Of a stretch of DNA of 64,000 nucleotides, positions 26,330 to 38,509 are shown piece by piece. A program made the position numbers and the translations under genes. Below the pieces are notes generated by a model, which saw only the letters and a list, made by a program, of their open reading frames with translations, had not been told where the DNA came from and did not search any database. Location of the stretch: contig NC_057719.1 in NCBI RefSeq assembly GCF_004010195.1, positions 67,273,065-67,337,064 of the forward strand, given 5' to 3'. Numbering within the stretch: the stretch's first letter is position 1; each line of letters starts with the position of its first letter. The stretch is from Chiloscyllium plagiosum. Taxonomy: Eukaryota.

Positions 26330-27410
26330 AGGAGATAGCTGAGCAGGGCTTGGTGCGAGTTAACACAGATGGAGCTTTGGATGACATCAATTTTACGGAG
26401 GTTGGGAAGTGAGAGGTCTACCATTAGAACAATGGATTAATCAAATCCAGACGTAACATCAATGTGCATGAGGGTTTCGACCAGAGATGAGCTGAGATAA
26501 GGACAGAGTTAGGTGATGGTACAAAGATGGAGGCAGTGTTATCATTGGCAGTGCAGACATGTGATTAAAAACTGATTTTTTAATCAATAGTGAAATGAAT
26601 GTTGGGTACGGTTGGGTTTGTCTCCAGACTGTTACCAGAGAGGGGGATGGAGTCGGTGGTTAGATGTAGATATGGATGGGGACTAAAGACAATGGTTTGC
26701 ATTTTCCCAGTATTCAATTGGAAGAAAATACTGCTGATACCAGTATCAGACATCTAAAAGGCACTCTGAAAATATAGAGATGGTGGAGGCATTGAGAGAG
26801 GTAGTGGTAAGTTAGATTTGGGTGTCATCAGTGGACATGTGGGCACTGATGCATTTTTTATCATGTTGCTAAGGGGCAGCACGTAGATCGGAAATAGGGG
26901 GAGGCCACGGGAAAATAATCCATTGCAGATTATTCTCTAGCTATGACTGTATAACTAGGGGTAGATAAAGGGGGAGAAAGTGAGGACTGCAGATGCTGGA
27001 GACCAGAGTTGAGAGTGTGTGGTGCTGGAAAAGCACAGCAGATCATACATCATCCGAGGAGCTGGAGAATCGACGTTTCAGGCAGGAGCCCATCATCAGA
27101 AATGATTGAAAAGCTCCTGCCTGAAATGTCGATTCTCTTGCTCCTTGGATGCTGCATGACCTGCTGTGCTTTTCCAGCATCACACGCTCTCAACTAGGGG
27201 TAGATAAAGATGAGTGCAGTCTGACTGAGATGGATGATGAAGAAGTATCAAGAGCAAGATACTATCAATCAATTGAAAGGATTGCATTCAGGTCAAGCAG
27301 AATGAAAAGGTATAGTTTACCTTTACTATATAGAATGGCATTTGGTGTTTGATAAGAGCTGTTCCCACACTGTAGCAAGGACTGAAACCTGATTAGGTGG
27401 ATTCAAACAT
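26330..27410 (-). mobile_element. L2-clade LINE RT fragment, decayed
   Basis: Minus strand near 26690-26845 resembles HMYADDTQLY (cacatgtccactgatgacacccaaatctaa) and QLNxGKTE..VF of L2 RT; L.LLDLxAAFD-like near 27265-27300. Confidence 0.65.
26971..27191. mobile_element. Penelope-derived fold-back insertion (family A) with a hammerhead on the minus strand
   Basis: Inverted arms at about 27008-27089 / 27112-27194; TSD aactaggggtagataaag at 26953-26970 / 27192-27209; core CTGATGA-tgggctcctgcct-GAAACGTC at about 27072-27099 (-). Confidence 0.85.
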
Positions 27411-28124
27411 GGAGCGGGAATTTTCTCTTCCTTATGTGCAACAGCAAGAAAGCTGGAAAAAAACAGATGGAATGAAAAACATCAGAATCTCCACACCTAG
27501 AAAATGTTTTATGATATTTTCCCCTCAGAATTTTGCCAATGATTAATGAATACCTTATTTTCATTCACTTGCATCGTATTAATACCTCATTTATATGCTA
27601 CTTCCAATTTTCCATTCCATTCCCAAGGACCTCGATGGCACAAACTCTTAACATGGAAGTCAGGTCAGATACCTGGCAGCTGCAGCTTACTATATGCTTG
27701 TCTAGGCTAACAATGCTTCTTCACAACAATGGCACTATGATGCTCCATGGACACTATCACCCTCAAGCCATGTGTCCACACAAGTCAGAATTGGCAAACC
27801 ACTAGCCTCATCACACGATCATACCAGCTCTGTGACCAACCTACACACCACCTCAGCTCTTCAAGACTCTACTTCAGAACTCAGGTACACCTATAGCTTG
27901 TATGCATCTGCCAGATCTCTTTGCATGTGGGGACACACATGCATTACATCAGATAGGATGCATGTTATGACTCGTAAGTTGCTTGCCTGATGCCTCACTT
28001 AATTTAAGCTTATTTGAAATATGGCAATTGCAACATTGGTACCTACCGGACAATGTGGACAATTGCCCAGGTATGCCCTGTGCACAAAAAGCAGGACAAA
28101 TCCAACCCAGCCAATTACCATCAG

Positions 28125-28224
28125 TCTATGTTGCAGTGGTAATGTCTCTATCTCTGAGTCAGAAGGCCTGGGTCAAGTCTCACTTGCTCCAGAGGTGTGC
28201 CATAACATCTTTGGACATGTTGAT

Positions 28225-28226
<2 letters not shown>
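28125..28226 (+). mobile_element. Very short (about 100 nt) tRNA-derived SINE
   Basis: cagtggtaatgtctctatctctgagtcagaaggcctgggtcaag..cagaggtgtgccataacatctttggacatgttga; second copy at 61395-61503. Confidence 0.6.

Positions 28227-28228
<2 letters not shown>

Positions 28229-28258
<30 letters not shown>
28229..28258. repeat. (AT)15 microsatellite
   Basis: Pure AT run. Confidence 0.95.
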
Positions 28259-28262
<4 letters not shown>

Positions 28263-28979
28263 AAACTCTCCTCTTCATCATAAAATGAGGGAAGGCGTCA
28301 TCTTCAGTTCTACCAAACAGCACTAAGCATAGCTATGACCTGTTTAGTGATGATCAGTTGAGTTCTGCCATGGACGATCAGCTCCTGACATCATTGCAGT
28401 CCTGATCCAAAATGGAATTCCAGAGAGGAAGTGAGCTTGACAGAGCTTAACATTTAACCAAATTTGGCATCAAGGATCCCTTGCAAGACAAAAGTCAATG
28501 GGAATCAGAGGGAAAACTCTCTGCTGGGTTGGAGTCATATCAGGCACATAGGAAGGATTTTGTCTATGTTGGAGGTCAGTCATCTCAGCTCCAGAACATT
28601 TCAACAGGAGTTCCTCAGGGTAGTGTCCTAGGTGTAACCATCATCAGCTGCTTCATGAATGAGCATCCTTCCATCAGAAAGTCAGTGTTGAGGATTTCTG
28701 CTACTGGTTGCACATTGTTCATCATAATTCATTATGCCTCTGATATTGAAGCAGTGCACGTCCAAATGTAGCAAGACCTGGATAACTTCCTGGCTTGGGC
28801 ATATAAATGACAAGTAATATTCATACCACATAAGTGCCAAGCAATGACCATCTCCAACTGGGGAAGAATCCAACATTTTAGATGATCAATGCCTTAACAT
28901 CACTGAATTTCCCACTATCAACATCGTGGAGCTTACCATTGATCAGAAACTGAACCAAACAAGTCATATATAAATCCTG

Positions 28980-29300
28980 TGGGTGGCATGGTGGCTCAGT
29001 GGTTAGCACCACTGCCTCACAGCACCAGGGTCCCAGGTTTGATTCCAGCTTCAGGGGACTGTCTGTGTGGAGTTTGCACATTCTCCCAGTGTCTGCATGG
29101 GTTTCCTCCGAGTGCTCCGGTTTCCTCCCATAGCGCACAGATGTGCAGGTCAGGTGAATTGGCCACGATAAATTGCCCATAGTGTTAGGTGCATTAGTCA
29201 GAGGGAAATGGGTCTGGGTGGGTTACTCTTCGGAGGGTCGACGTGGACTGGTTGGGCTGAAGGGCCTGTTTCCACACTGTAGGGAATCTAATCTAACCTA
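28980..29300 (+). mobile_element. HE1-type V-SINE
   Basis: Full head, core and tail ending aatctaatcta. Confidence 0.92.
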
Positions 29301-29663
29301 AACAGCTCCTGCAGAGAGCAACTCAGCTCCTAACACATCAAAGCCTGTCCACCATGCTCAATGCACAAGTCAAATATGTGATGGGATACTTCCCACCTGC
29401 CTGAATGAATGCACCTCCAACAACTCACAAGAAGCTTGATGTCATCCGAAACAAGCAACCCATTTGATTGGCATCACATCTGTATATTTTCACTCCTTCC
29501 AGTATTGATACTCAATAGCAGTAGTGTACCAACTACAAGATGCACTGCAAATATCACATTTGACAGGACTGGACCTTCATGGTGACCTCAGCTGGTACAA
29601 GAAATGAACCCACTGTTGGGTCACACTGCATTGAAAGCCAGCTATCTAGCCAACTGACCTAGC

Positions 29664-29970
29664 GTGGCATGGTGACTTAATGGTTAGCAGTGCAGCCTCA
29701 CAGCACCAGGCTCCTGGGTTTGATTTCCATCTCGGGCGACCGTCTGTGTGGAGTTTGCTCATTCTCCCTCTGTCTGCATGGGTTTCACCAGGTGCTCCAG
29801 TTTCTTCCCACAATCCAAAGATGTGCAGGTCAGGTGGATTGGCCATACTAAATTTTCCATAGTGTTAGGTGCATCAGAGGGAGTTGGGTCTGGGTGGGTT
29901 GCTCTTCGGAGGGTCGGTGTGGACTTGTTGGGCCGAAGGGCCTGTTTCCACACTGTAGGGAATCTAATCA
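29664..29970 (+). mobile_element. HE1-type V-SINE
   Basis: Full head, core and tail; next to a different minus-strand tRNA-SINE remnant at 29560-29663. Confidence 0.9.
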
Positions 29971-30411
29971 TCATGAGCTAACTGAAAGATCATAGGAATC
30001 ATAGGGATAGCAACTCAATAGGGAATATGAAGAATAGCAGTGGTGCTAGTGGATGGATTTATTATATCTCAAATGGAGCCTGCGAATGACACTGAAGCAA
30101 AGCTGGACATTGTCATGTCAGATCTAAAGTCAACTGTGCAATAACTACACAAAATGGCTAGCAGCATGTGTAAACTGGGTAGTGTAAGTTACTTTTCTTT
30201 CTTCAGGAGCTGAGAAAACCCTTGGGATTGATGACTGTGCGAGGGACAATTCCAATATCCATGCTTCCACTAATTTAGCAATGCTACCTATTTGGCTTCA
30301 AATTACCTTACATCAGCAGGTCATTCATTGACACTCCCCTCTTTAAAAAAAAAGTTATGGACTCAAGCCATCATTAGTATTACACTGTGTGCACTAACTG
30401 TCTCTTTGTCA

Positions 30412-31145
30412 CTTAATAGTAAGGTGATAGGAGGTGTTGCTGAACAAAGAGACCTTGGAGTGCAGGTTCATAGCTCCTTGAAAGTGGAGTCACAGGTAGA
30501 TAAGATAATGAAGAATGCATTTGGTATGCTTTCTTTATTGGTCAGAGTATTGAGTACAGGAGTTGGGAGGTCATGTTGCAACTGTACAGGACATTGGTTA
30601 GACCACTTTTAGATTAATGCGTGCAATTCTGGTCTCCTTCCTATCGGAAAGATGTTGTGAAACTTGAAACTTCAGAAAAAGTTTACAAGGATGTTGCCAG
30701 GATTAGAGCATTTGACCTGTAGGGAGAGGTTGAATAAGCCAGGGTTGTTTTCCTGGAGTGTCGGAGATTGAGGGGTGTCTTATAGAGTTTTATGAAATCA
30801 TGAGAGGCATGGATAGGGTAAATAGACAAAATTTTTTCCCTGCAGTAGGGAGTCCAGAACTAGAGGACATAGGTTTAGAGTGAGATGGAAAAGATATAAA
30901 AAAGACCTCCGGGGCAACTTTTTCACGCAGAGGGTGGTACATGTATGGAATGAGTTGCCAGAGGATGTGGTGGAGGCTGGTACAATTGCAATATTTAAAA
31001 GCCATCTGGATGGGTATTTGAATAGGAAGGGCTTGGAGGGATATGAGCCGGGTGATGTCAGTGGGACTAGATTTGGTTGGGATATCTGGTCGGAATGGCC
31101 GAGTTGGACCGAAGGGTCTGTTTCCGTGCTGTACATCTCTATGTC
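30412..31145 (+). mobile_element. CR1 (HER1-like) 3' fragment
   Basis: EQRDLGVQVHSSLKVESQVD; RYKKDLRGNFFTQRVVHVWNELPEDVVEAG. Confidence 0.92.
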
Positions 31146-32603
31146 AGCTAAGCAAATGTAATCAGACAAAGACACTAAAGAATGGCTCTTGAGCTTTTAA
31201 TTTCACAATCACATTCCATTGCAAGCACTAGAAAACAACAATTTGCAGCTGCCATCTTCATATGGTAAACTATAATTATTCGAGGACATGGTCTGTGATG
31301 TGGAAAGAAACCTGTTCTTTGTGAGGTGGGGCAGGTCATGGCGTCTGGCAGAATGGCAATCTGACCAATTAATTACATACTTTGGGTCCGTATTTACAAA
31401 GGAGGATACAAATAACATACCAGAAATGTTGGGGAACTTAGGGTTTAGTATAGGGGAAGAGCTGAATATTAGTAGGAAAATTATATTGGGGAAATTAATG
31501 GAAATTTAAGACTGATAAATCCCAAGGGCCTGATGACCTACATCCCATAGTCCTTAAGAAAGTGGCCCTTGAAATAATGGATGCATTGGTGGTCATCTTA
31601 CAAGATTGCATAGACTGTGGAACAGTTCCTACAGATTGGAGGATAGCTAATGTGACTACACTATTTAAAAATGGAGATATGGAGCAAACTGGGAATTATA
31701 GACCAGTCAGTGTGTCCCCAGTAGTGGGGCTAGAATCCTTTATAAAAGATTTGATAGCAGAGCACTGGAAAGCAGCGACAGGATCAGACAGAGTCAGCAT
31801 AGATTTACAAAAGGGAAAGCATGCTTGACAAATCGATTGGAATTCTTTCAAGATGCAACTAGTTGAGTTGATGAGAGGGAAGTGGTTTGTTCAGACTTTC
31901 AGAAGGCTTTTGATAAAATCCTACAGAAGAGATTAGCTTGTAAAATTAAAGTGCATGGGACTGAGGGTAGTGCATTGAGTTAGATAGAAAACTAGGTAGG
32001 TCGACAGGGAACAAAGAGTAGGAATAAATGGATCTTTGTCTGAGTGGCAGGCACTGACTTGTAGGGTACTGCAGGGATCAGTGCTAGGACTCTAATTATT
32101 CATGATATATATTCATGATTTATTCATGAGGGAACTAAATGTAAATTCTTCGAATTTGCAGATAATACAAAGCCGGGTGGGAAGGTGAGTTGTAAGAAGG
32201 ATGCAGAGATGCTTCAGTGTGATGTGGGCAAGCTGCGTAAGTGGGAAATACACAGATTGATGTGAGGTTATCTATTTTGGTAGCAAAAATAGGAAGGCAG
32301 ATTATTATTTGAAAGGCTTTGAATTGAGAGAGGGGAATGGGCAATGAGACCTGGGTGTCCCGGTACACCAGTTATTGAAGGTAAGCATGCAGGTGCAGCA
32401 GCCAGTCAAGAAGCAAAAAATGGTATATCCACTTTCTTAATGAGAGTGTTTGAGTACAGGAGCAGTCTTGCTGCAATTGTACAGGGCTTTGGTGAGATCA
32501 AAGGAATCTAGAATACTATGAGTTTTGGTCTCCTTATCTAAAGAAGGATATTTTTGCTACAGAGGGAATGCAGAGAAGGCTTACCAGACTGATTCCTGAG
32601 ATT

Positions 32604-32776
32604 TGATGAAAGTGAGGACTGCAGATGCTGGCAATCAGAGTCAAGATTAGAGTGGTGCTGGAAAAGCACAGCAGGACAGGCAGCATCCAAGGAGCAGGAA
32701 ACTCGACGTTTCGGGCAGGAGCCCTTCATCCTGATGCTACCTGATTGGCTGTGCTTTCCCAGCACCACTCTAATCT
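32604..32776. mobile_element. Penelope-derived fold-back insertion (family A)
   Basis: TSD tgatt(c/t)ctgagatt at 32590-32603 / 32777-32790; inverted arms; truncated hammerhead GATGA-agggctcctgccc-GAAACGTC (-). Confidence 0.85.
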
Positions 32777-33102
32777 TGATTTCTGAGATTGCATGACTGA
32801 TATACAAGGGGAGGTTGAATTGATTGAGATTATTCTTGCTGGAGTTCAGAAGAATGAGAGAGGATCACATAAAAACCTGTAAAGTTTTAAGGTATCTAGA
32901 CAGGGGAGATGCAGGAAGAATGGTCCAATGGCTGGGACTCCAGAACAACGGGTCACTGTCTGAGGATATGGGGCAAACCATTTAGGGCTGAGAGTTGGTG
33001 GAATTTCTTCACCCAGAGAGTGGTGAGCCTGTGGAACACACTATCACGGAAAGCATTCAAAGACAAAACATTGTATGATTTCAAGAAGGAGTTGGATATA
33101 GT

Positions 33103-33389
33103 TGCTGTGGTTCTGTTCGCCGAGCTGGAAGTTTTTGTTGCAAACGTTTCGTCCCCTGGCTAGGCGACATCATCAGTGCTTGGGAGCCTCCTGCGAAGCG
33201 CTTCTTTGATGTTTCCTCCAGTGTTTATAGTGGTCTGTCCCTGCCGCTTCCAGTTGTCAGTTTCAGCTGTCCGCTGTAATGGTTGGTATATTGGGTCCAG
33301 GTCGATGTGTTTGTTGATGGAGTTTGTGGAGCTCGGCGAACAGAACCACAGCAACGAGCACCCGAGCTACAAATCTTCGCACAAACTTT
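33103..33389 (-). mobile_element. Penelope/Poseidon-type 3' fragment with an inverted pLTR piece (family C)
   Basis: ORF end NSINKHIDLDPIYQPL; perfect 26-bp inverted repeat at 33101-33126 / 33330-33355; TSD gagttggatatagt at 33089-33102 / 33390-33403. Confidence 0.88.
33140..33179 (-). ncRNA. Minimal type I hammerhead ribozyme motif
   Basis: Minus strand: GCA-CTGATGA-T-GTCGCCT AGCC AGGGGAC-GAAACGTT-TGC; stem I GCA/TGC, 7-bp stem II with one mismatch. Confidence 0.7.
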
Positions 33390-33859
33390 GAGTTGGATAT
33401 AGTACGAGACATTAAATGGATCAAAGGATATGGGGGAAAAGCAGGAACATGATATAGAGTTGGATGATCAGCCATAATCATAATTAATAACACAGCAGGA
33501 TCAAAGACTCCTACATTCTATGTTTCTGTGAATTCTTCTCAATGCCACATGGAAACTTTGGTCATGCAAAATGCAATTGGATAAAGTGATATTAACTTAT
33601 GAAAGTATGACATTGGACTCCTTGGAAAGCCCCTATACCACATTGTCTGAGGACGTACATGAGATTTCATTTTGATGGATATGACGATCTAGGAGTTCCT
33701 TCAATAAAATTGTGTTATCTTATCAACATTCCCCACGAATCATTTGCTCATGCACCTAACATAGAGATTGTCATGGCTGGAGTTTGTTTACCAGAGGGAG
33801 AAGCAGCAGGTAAAGATTAGTCATGGAGGCAGAGGAAAATGGTGACAAACTCATATCTA

Positions 33860-34300
33860 GAGGTTTCACTGTTATTTTCTTCAATTGAAAGACCGTGCAG
33901 GCGATGACTGCAGATGTCCCAGGCTAATATCACTGAACTGTATCATCTAGTGAAGCTGCACTTGTATTCAAAAGGACTCAGTGCCCATCCCATCAGATGG
34001 TCACAACTAACCTGAATTTCCATGCCACCAGCTTTTTTCAAGGAGGAACTGGACCCCTGTTGGCATCTCCCAATACTTGACCCATAAATGCTTCCAGGAA
34101 AGAACTAATTTCATCTTCTGCAGATCACAGCTTTTCATATCCTTCTCTCAGAATGGGAGAGTCAAGGAACTTGGGCTGTGGGATTCTTTACCATTGCTGG
34201 CTTCTCCCAGGTACAGGATTCCAATGTGTAGAATTTGTCAACAAAAAATATTGCTACTCCATTGATGCTTAAACCATAGGTGACCATTGATGCTAAGTTT
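33860..34300 (+). pseudogene. Decayed PIF/Harbinger transposase, N-terminal part
   Basis: LQMSQANITELYHLVKLHL..VTTNLNFHATSFFQG..GISQYLTHKCFQE across frameshifts; aligns by eye with 59380-59590. Confidence 0.65.
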
Positions 34301-34492
34301 TGGAGATCTGTACCAGATATCCTGGCATTGCCATGATTCTTATATAATGTAAATTGGGGGATATGACAGTTCATATAGTTGTAGAACGTATCATTCTACG
34401 GCTGAACTGTCTCTTAGATGTCCACTTTTGAGTTGCTAGATCCATTTGCGGTATTTCACTTTTAGCAAATTGGCAGTGGCACATAAAATGAC

Positions 34493-35620
34493 AGAACATA
34501 GGACATAGAACAGTAAAGCACAATACAGGCCCATCGGCCCTTGATGTTGTGCCGATCTTTTATCCTATACTAAGATCAAGCCAACCTACATACCCTACAT
34601 TTTACTATCATCCATGTGCCTATCCAAGAGTTGCTTAAATGTACCTAATGTACTTGAGTCTGCTGGCAATGCATTCCACGCACCCAGCATTCGCTGTGTA
34701 AAGAACCCACTTCTGACATCTCTCCTAAATCTTCCTCCAATCAACTTAAAATTATGCTCCCTTGTGATAACCATTTTTGCCTTGGGAAAAAGTCTTTGAC
34801 TATTCACTCTATGTCTCTCATCATCTTGTACACCTCTATCAAGTCACCATTCATCCTTCTTTGCTCAAATGAAAAAAGCCCTAGCTCCCTCAACCTTTCT
34901 TCATAAGATATGCCCTCCAGTTCAGACAGCATCCTGGTAGATCTCCTCTGCATCCTCTCTAAAGCTTCCATGTCCTTCCTATAATGAGATGACCAGAACT
35001 GAACACAATATTCCAAGTCTGGTCTAACCAGAGCTCTATAGAGCTGCAGTATAACCTTACGGTTCTTAAACTCAATCCCCCGTAATGAAAGCCAACACAC
35101 CGTACGCCTTCTTAACAACCCTATCAACTTGGGTGGCAACTATGGACATTGACCCCAAGATCCCTCTGTTCCTCCACACCACCAAGAATGCTGCCTTTAA
35201 CCCTGTATTCTGCATTTGAATTCAACCTTCCAAAATGAATCACTTCACAAGTTTCCAGGTTGAACTCCATCTGCCACTTATCAGCCCAGTTCTGCATCCT
35301 GTCAATGTCCCATTGCAACCTACAACAGCCCTCCACACTATCCACCACTCCACAAATCTTCATGTTATCAGCAAATTTATTAACCCACCCTTCCACTTCC
35401 TCTTCATAGCCATTTTTGAAAATCACAAACAGCAGAGGCCCCAGGACAGATCCCTACGGAAGACCACTGGTCACCGAGCTCCAGGTTGAATATTTTCCAT
35501 TTACCACCACTCTGTCTTTTATGGACCAGCTAGTTCTGTATCCAGACAGCCAAGTTTCTGTTTCCCATGTATCCTTACTTTCTGAATGAGCCTACCATGA
35601 GGAACGTTATCAAAAGCCAG
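34493..35620 (-). mobile_element. CR1 LINE, RT to 3' end
   Basis: AFDNVPHGRLIQKV; KFADNMKICGVVDS..WADKWQMEFN; LYRALVRPDLEYCVQFWS; catagaa tail. Confidence 0.93.
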
Positions 35621-35859
35621 ATTACAGTGGAGCCCACTTCTCAGTTCCCTCTCCGAGCAATTCCCTGCAAGTGATCTGGGAAAATGCCGACCGAACAGTG
35701 TTTTCGTTATCAAATGAAGGCTATTCTCATTGAGAAAACATAATGACTCATTGAGAAAACGTAACAACTGTACAATGGTCACTCTTACTGATGTTATCAT
35801 TGACAGATGTATCTGCAACAAGGGAGACTCCTAGTGAGGAGAATGTTTTTCCCTCTTCT

Positions 35860-36617
35860 TGGTTCCTTTATCTGTCATTGAGCCAATCCGGTGACTATGT
35901 CCTTTACTTGGTCATTTGTGGTGCTGCTGCTGAGCCACTGTTGGTCGTGGACATTGAAATCCCCCACCCAGTGTACTTTCTACGCATTTGGCCCCAACAC
36001 CATCAGCACACCCTGTTTTGCGCCTTGCAAGTTTAACATGGAGGAGCACTGATTCATCAGCCAAAGATTACCTCCAGGAGGTTTCCTTGCCTACATTTGA
36101 CCTGATGATACCTTATATACAGTTCATACTGTGAACTCCCAGGGAAAATACCTTTGTGCCATCACCTCTGTCCTTCCAATGGAATGGGACAGTGGTGGTA
36201 ATGATGTTGTCACTGGGATATTGTCAGGAAAGTATGATGTAGTGAATACAACTATGTTGGGCTTTCCTTGACTAATCTGTGAGACAGCTCTCCCAGTTTT
36301 GATACTTTGTTGGATCAACAAGGCTGTTTGCCATTGCCATTTCCAGTGCCTAGTTCAAATACAAGATGGTCTGAAGAGTTTAATTTCTTCTTTGAGAATT
36401 TTTAGTGGTTACATATGGGGCCAGATCTGGTAATGAGCACAGGTGAAGCAGATGGATTTTAATGAAAATAGTTGCATAGTCAGAATGTTAGATTTTTCCT
36501 TTGGATTTAAATTCCAGTATCAGTCATGGTTGGATTTGAACCAATGTTACTAGAACATTAGGCTGGGCTTTTGGACTACCAGCACCAGTGTCAATACCAC
36601 AAGGCTACAGCCTCTCC
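35860..36617 (-). mobile_element. 5' end of the tRNA-headed LINE (head, UTR and APE endonuclease)
   Basis: Minus strand: ggagaggctgtagccttgtggta..ggttcaaatcc head, then KLGELSHRLVK/PNIVVFTTSYFPDNIP and WVGDFNVHDQQWL. Confidence 0.8.
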
Positions 36618-37609
36618 TTATTCTTTGGATAAGGCTTTTAAGTCACATCCTTGTAAGTCAGTGATAGGTGTTGTTACAGAACCACAGTAGACACTGGTAC
36701 AGATGCAGATAACAGATCATTATCTGAATTACAGCCAGAAATCAATTATTCATTCATGTCTTTTCTCCACCTCCCTTTGGTGTCTAATAGAGTGAGTCAA
36801 TTGTAATCTATAGCTCACCAAAGTATTTGAAGTGGCAGATACACTATAGAAACTCCAACAGCCAAATAGGATCACCTTTCATGATCTGGATATGCTTAGA
36901 TGGTGACACATGCAACTTTTATCTCCTCAATATTGCTTCTATAATAATTCTGAAGAGCAAAAGGGTTAATGATACCAGATGTGTGACCGCTCTGAAAAAT
37001 TGGCTTTCAGTTAGTGTAACAATATATCTCCAAAAAACCTGAGACAAGCCTTTATTCTCTGATCTTTGCATTACTCATGCAATCTTTTTGATGTAAAATG
37101 TCTGAAATGTTAGTAATCCTCAGACACCTGAAGGATTACTATCCACAGGAAAGTATCAGCATTTTAACAGCATGGAGAGGATAATGACTCTCTCATAAGG
37201 AGGCCTTCTGACCTCTTTGAAGCTTTAAACAGTCAATTAAACAATAACGGAGTAATTTGATCATCAAACACTTGAAGGTAGCATAGATTCACCAAGATGA
37301 TGATGGGAACAGATCTGGATAATATGCTAGCTTTAATATTTAATGCTTTTTGTTATCGGCTACATCCAAGTAAAGCAAAAGAAATAGTCTTGGGTGTGTG
37401 ACTAATTACATGAGATTTCTTTAAACTTTAGTGCTTGATCACCTTACACACATATATTGAAAATATACTGCACAGTTTTGTAGTGCAAAAGCGGAGAGTT
37501 ATTCAAACAGACAAAATCTCATTTTACACCATGATGAAGGCATGTAGTAATGTCTTGTTAAGTTGTACTACATAGCAGTGGCTTTTATAATATAGACTGG
37601 AAATGATGG

Positions 37610-37835
37610 TGAAATAACTCCATGGATACTGGTATCCCATCACCAAGTCTCCCTTTATTAGCAAGTATGTGGACTCTGACCAGCTAGCTCAGAGCCAGTC
37701 CCAAGAGTGAGGGGGACCTCTGAGACTCCTGTTTATCTCTATCAGCCATTGCTCTCTGATTGGCCTAAGTTAGCCCCAATCAGGGAACTCATACTCAATG
37801 AGATCCACCTGGCCAACCTCATTCCAATCACTACA
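37610..37835 (-). mobile_element. Probable solo LTR (TG...CA, 226 bp)
   Basis: Homologous to 8698-8910; TG/CA termini; minus-strand AATAAA. Confidence 0.6.
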
Positions 37836-37856
37836 GGGCTATAGTGGTAATGTCAC

Positions 37857-38305
37857 AAATAGAAACAAAGAATATAAAAGCAAGAGTAGGCCATTCAGCC
37901 TTTTGAGCCTGTTCTGCCATTTTGTATGATCATGGCTGATCATCCAACTCATTATGCTTTTCCCACTCTCTTCCCATATTTTTTGATCCTTTTAGTCCAA
38001 AGGACTATATCTACATATTTCTTGAAAGTCTTTAATGTTTTGGTCTTAATAGTTTCCTGTGACAAAGAATTCCACAGGCTCACCACACTGTAGGTGAAGA
38101 AATTCCTCCTCATCTCTGTCCTAAAAAGCGTACTCCTTATCTTTCAGCTGTCAACCCTGGTTCTGAACTCCTCCGTCATTAAGTATATCCTTCCTGCATC
38201 TACGCTGTCTAATCCATGAGATCGCCCTCTCATTCTCCTAAACTCAAGTGAAATAAGTGCTAACATATTCAGCCTCTCTTCATATGCCTTCCCAGGAATC
38301 AATCT
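37857..38305 (-). mobile_element. CR1 3' fragment
   Basis: gtaggccattcagcc..gatcatggctgatcatcc 3' UTR; homologous to 23690-24130. Confidence 0.8.
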
Positions 38306-38509
38306 GTGCAGGACAATTCTGAACTGACAATGCTACAGGGTTTTACAGATGGTGCAAGAGAAGTCGGTGAAGTCTGGGATCTCCAGACTTCTGGCAAATT
38401 ATTCTGGGAATGGTATTAATTGGGTAAGTTTAAGATATGGTGAAAAAACTCAGTCGGCCTCACAGCAAGCATCACTCCATCAAACTCAATGTGACTGGGA
38501 CTTGGCCAA

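Larger units (their letters stand above)
28015..29560 (+). mobile_element. CR1-like LINE (tRNA-headed family), RT and 3' fragment with nested SINEs
   Basis: VGGQSSQLQNISTGVPQGSVLG (28481-28771); homologous to 8450-10885. Confidence 0.85.
31345..33530 (+). mobile_element. CR1 ORF2 RT to 3' end, decayed, with two PLE insertions
   Basis: VPTDWRIANVTTLFKNG..GNYRPVS (31562-31828), DFQKAFDK, GVLQGSVLG, NFFTQRVVSLWNTL. Confidence 0.9.

Noticed and set aside
35726..35765. Tandem ctcattgagaaaac duplication (and the 13-bp duplication at 55455-55485) as array or CRISPR-like repeats
   Set aside because: Two-copy local slippage duplications with no spacer array in a eukaryotic context
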